Shown in pieces: positions 59,401 through 64,000 of a stretch of DNA of 64,000 bases (the first letter of the stretch is position 1; every line of letters begins with the position of its first letter). This stretch comes from Nemertoderma westbladi (lineage: Eukaryota > Animalia > Xenacoelomorpha): assembly GCA_032718475.1 (NCBI GenBank), contig JAUCBJ010000050.1, positions 50,448 to 114,447 of the forward strand. The letters are read 5' to 3'. The notes below the pieces were generated by a model, which saw only the letters and a program-made list of their open reading frames with translations, made no database searches and was not told the DNA's origin. The position numbers and the translations under genes were made by a program.

Positions 59401-61175
59401 ATTATTACTGATTAACTATATTGTTACTGATTCACTATATTGTTGCTGATTAACTATATTGTGACTGATTAACTATATTATTACTGATTAACTATATTAT
59501 TACTGATTAACTATATTATTACTGATTAACTATATTGTTACTGATTCACTATATTGTTACTGATTAACTATATTTTTACTGATTAACTATATTATTACTG
59601 ATTAACTATATTATTACTAATTAACTATATTATTACTGATTAACTATATTATTACTGATTAACTATATTATCACTGATTAACTATATTGTTACTGATTCA
59701 CTATATTATTACTGATTAACATATTATTACTGATTAACATATTATTACTGATTAACTATATTATTACTGATTAACTATATTATTACTGATTAATTATATT
59801 ATTACTGATTAACTATATTATTACTGATTAACTATATTGTTACTGATTAACTATATTGTTACTGATTAACTATATTGTTACTGATTAACTATATTATTAC
59901 TGATTAACTATATTGTTACTGATTAACTATATTATTACTGATTAACTATATTATTACTGATTAACTATATTGTTACTGATTAACTATATTATTACTGATT
60001 AACTATATTATTACTGATTAACTATATTGTTACTGATTCACTATATTATTACTGATTAACATATTATTACTGATTAACATATTATTACTGATTAACTATA
60101 TTATTACTGATTAACTATATTATTACTGATTAACTATATTATTACTGATTAACTATATTATTACTGATTAACTATATTGTTACTGATTAACTATATTGTT
60201 ACTGATTAACTATATTGTTACTGATTAACTATATTATTACTGATTAACTATATTGTTACTGATTAACTATATTATTTCTGATTCACTATATTGTTACTGA
60301 TTAACTATATTGTTACTGATTAACTATATTGTTACTGATTAACTATATTATTACTGATTAACTATATTGTTACTGATTAACTATATTATTACTGATTAAC
60401 TATATTATTACTGATTAACTATATTATTACTGATTAACTATATTATTACTGATTAACTATATTGTTACTGATTCACTATATTGTTACTGATTAACTATAT
60501 TGTTACTGATTACCTATATTATTACTGATTAACTATATTATTACTAATTAACTATATTATTACTGATTAACTATATTATTACTGATTAACTATATTATTA
60601 CTGATTAACTATATTGTTACTGATTCACTATATTATTACTGATTAACATATTATTACTGATTAACATATTATTGCTGATTAACTATATTATTACTGATTA
60701 ACTATATTATTACTGATTAACTATATTATTACTGATTAACTATATTATTACTGATTAACTATATTGTTACTGATTAACTATATTGTTACTGATTAACTAT
60801 ATTATTACTGATTAACTATATTGTTACTGATTAACTATATTATTACTGTCACTATATTGTTACTGATTAACTATATTGTTACTGATTAACTATATTGTTA
60901 CTGATTAACTATATTATTACTGATTGACTATATTGTTACTGATTAACTATATTATTACTGATTAACTATATTGTTACTGATTAACTATATTATTACTGAT
61001 TAACTATATTATTACTGATTAACTATATTGTTACTGATTCACTATATTATTACTGATTAACTATATTATTACTGATTAACATATTATTACTGATTAACTA
61101 TATTATTACTGATTAACTATATTGTTACTGATTCACTATATTATTACTGATAAACTATATTATTACTGATTAAAC
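59401..61175. repeat. 19-bp minisatellite, about 93 copies
   Basis: Same unit and orientation as 55022-56928. Confidence 0.97.
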
Positions 61176-62674
61176 ATGGACTCATCCCTACAGCTGGCCC
61201 CCTGATCCAGGACTGGTGGGGCAGCGACACCAGGATAGTAGTAGTCACAGTCTACTGTACGAGACTACTACTACTACTATAATCGGCCTGCTGCATTGAA
61301 ACTGCACATTGAGATGCTATGCCAGCTTAAGAGGGGGAATCTGCAAACTGCTATTTAATAGCTCTTTTAGTTTTCAAGTTATAACAATTTCTATTTAGGG
61401 AGACCTATTGAAATTACTATTACTATGTATAATAAAAGGTCTACTGTATTATCTCCAAATATTTTTTTTATGAAATTGTCAACTTCCAAAACCCTACTAC
61501 TTCGAAAATTTTTGAGTAATTAGTCTGAAAATTGATGTGGGTGTCTAGAGAGCCACCCTGCATAAAAGTATCAGACAACTTTTCGAACTTTTCGAAATTT
61601 TTTGTTAATAAAATTTAATCCTATTTATAACAAACCTAAACAATTACCATAAATTTGCAGCGCCACCTAGCGGTGCAGAAATATTTTCACAAAATTTCGC
61701 CTGATAGTTATGTTGCCCCATCTTTGATCTATCATATAAAAAAACTTTCCTGAGATTATATTAAAAACTGTAAATGTTGAATATTAATAAATATATATAA
61801 TATATAAAAATATTAAATAGCGAAAAATAAAATAGAATCTTAGGAACCTATGTTCCAATTTATAGCCAAAATCAAACAATTTTGAAACGCTGAGATTGAT
61901 AAATCGAAGAGTTGTCCGAAAATGGTGTACCACCCCCATTTGTCACCACCATAAAATCCTCAATTTATTGACAATCCCAATGCAGCGTGCATTAAGAATG
62001 CTATGCCGGGGCTAACCAAGAAAGCAACAACTCCCTATCAATAGTAATGATATCAAAAATACTGATATTTCCCATAAAACGTGTAAATAATTAGTTAAGT
62101 GGTTACAGTACCATGGCAACTTGCTTTTCGAAATTATCGCAATGAATTAATTTCTGTTGGCGATTTTAATGGTAGGTTAGGGTTAGTAATCGATTGGAGT
62201 CTTGGAAAATTGTGTTGTGCAACGAATTTACTGAGCACGATGGTAAAATCGATATATCAACATCAAATCTGTACTGCAATTGTAATCCAATTTGTATGTC
62301 ATTTTAGTTAAATTAATTAATAAATAAATACATGGATAGTATTACATAGTTTAATAAATTCTAAAAAATGATGTAAAGTAACTCTAGATCATCCATTTAT
62401 TTCAAGTTTTGATTTTTAGATAGTCTGTACTTGTGTATTAAGTTTTGTACACGTTGCAAATGTAACACTCGTTTCGTTCTTACTAAAAACTTGCCAAATG
62501 GTGGAAAACACAATAGTTCAATTTCGGTCTCTAAAGGCGCAGTGGCAAAGATGTGGTAAGATTGGTAGTAAGCCATTCAAGGTGACAGTTCATGCGTTAG
62601 TAGACGCAGACCTTTGCGCGATTTCGCGCATGATTATTATATGTATTGCACTTGCGGACTCGGCTTGATATGCG

Positions 62675-63355
62675 TTAATTGGTTGCATGAATCGTTTCCA
62701 TTCCCATTTGAAGATCAATCACTCTGTTGACTATAGGCCTACTAAAACAATTTCCTCTCAAAATGCTTCGTAACCCATCCCGGAAAGATTTCAATGAAGC
62801 TGCGTATATTATTATGTTCCAAAAACTGTTGGTATATCCAACCCACCAAACCGCAAAGTTTATTTCAGTGGGAACCTCCACGATGAGTCCCACAACTTGA
62901 ACCACGCCACAAGGTACCCATGCTATCATGTACCCTCCAACCACAATGCTTAGAACACGTATCAGATTGTGATTGTCACCAACTTCGTTCCGATGGGCTT
63001 GAGCTTGCAGTGCGTTAATGGCGTTGACATGGCGTCTAGCAATAACAAATATCCGGCTGTATATTGCGATCAATGTGATACTAGGCACTACCACAAAGGA
63101 AAATACTGCGATTCCAGTGAAATAAATGAATTCCGGATTGTAATACTTTGGGTAGCAGTTACACATGGCTGGGTCAAAGTAAATCATACCCATATTGTCG
63201 TTAGAAGACGATATCAAAAACATTGATCCGGTCTCTAGGGCTACGATTAACCACATAGATAGTGTAAGAAGGATAGCTCTTCTGAGCGTGACTAGGCGCT
63301 CAAAAGTGAGCGCGTATTCAATACTCATCCAGCGTTCAAGTGAAAGTTGCACCAA
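62675..63355 (-). pseudogene. Rhodopsin-class GPCR, TM3-TM7 only, copy 2
   Basis: Near-identical to 58509-59195; part of the duplication 57791-59401 / 61965-63561. Confidence 0.8.
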
Positions 63356-64000
63356 TGTTATAATGCTAAACGTATGGGGAGTAGCGACAAATCAACATTG
63401 CGACTACGACTACGCACATATCTTTGTTACATCGAAGGAGGGATTTTGTGTCTGTCAGAAGGGTAATTGAGCATCGTGCCACATGTATCTATTGTGTACC
63501 CTGGGCCATGCATGCATTCGTTTAGTTCACTTGCATGGGTACCAGTAGTCAAGCCAGTTGACAGTTATTCCTTTTTGGCTTGGACATGGCATATAATGCT
63601 CTGATCTCTGTAGAACTAATCAGATTGTTCCACTTCCGCATCCGCTTCCGCCAAGGGTATTGATTGGAGGTTGTCCTGTATCTCTCCCTTCGCAGCAAGT
63701 AGTCCACTGCATTCATTGTGGAGTAAGTGCACCTTGAAGGACGACACACTGATGACAGAAAAATTGGTATGATGTAGAAAAGGTTTTGCTGATCATCATT
63801 CAGTAATTCGAATTTTAAATTTTTAAGTAACTTTTCAGTGATCTCACAGGCCTCCAGAATCTTGAACATGCATGGGCGTGAGTGCCTATGTTCTTGAAGA
63901 AGTCTTCAAAGATAATGGCTATATGCCTGTCATTTCTTGTAGACAATTCTTCAATGATCATCCAAAGTGCCACAATAGGATTCAAGGTATTTTTACGTTT

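Noticed and set aside
63549-63869. 106-aa ORF as the missing GPCR N-terminus
   Set aside because: It has no TM1/TM2-like hydrophobic segments and no GN or LAxxD motifs.

Overview
AT-rich eukaryotic (invertebrate-like) genomic window. Host genes are an intronless DDX6/Me31B DEAD-box helicase (12121-13533, +) and two tandem, apparently 5'-truncated rhodopsin-class GPCR copies (-) interleaved with 19-bp minisatellite arrays. Degenerate LINE fragments and several MITEs are also present. The centre of the window (21076-49815) is a minus-strand BEL/Pao LTR retrotransposon with 1.17-kb LTRs, a GAGGT target-site duplication (TSD) and a slightly decayed gag-pol. A second, very young, non-autonomous BEL/Pao element (23677-35069; 1.5-kb LTRs; TSD CGGAT; Gag-protease without RT/RNase H/integrase core) has inserted into it. 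The two elements share unusual traits. (i) Both carry a homologous extra 3' gene with a DEDDy/WRN-type 3'-5' exonuclease-like region plus Cys/His zinc-binding motifs; the inner element split the outer copy. (ii) Neither has a tRNA primer-binding site (PBS); LTR-complementary sequence sits at that position instead, suggesting self-priming. (iii) They share the terminal 8-mer TGTTCGCG. The inner element also carries three families of repeated RNA hairpins: K-turn/UUCG units, a GAAA-tetraloop hairpin that also occurs inside two ORFs in different frames, and a three-copy invariant-loop motif. All domain and structure calls were made by eye and need computational confirmation.
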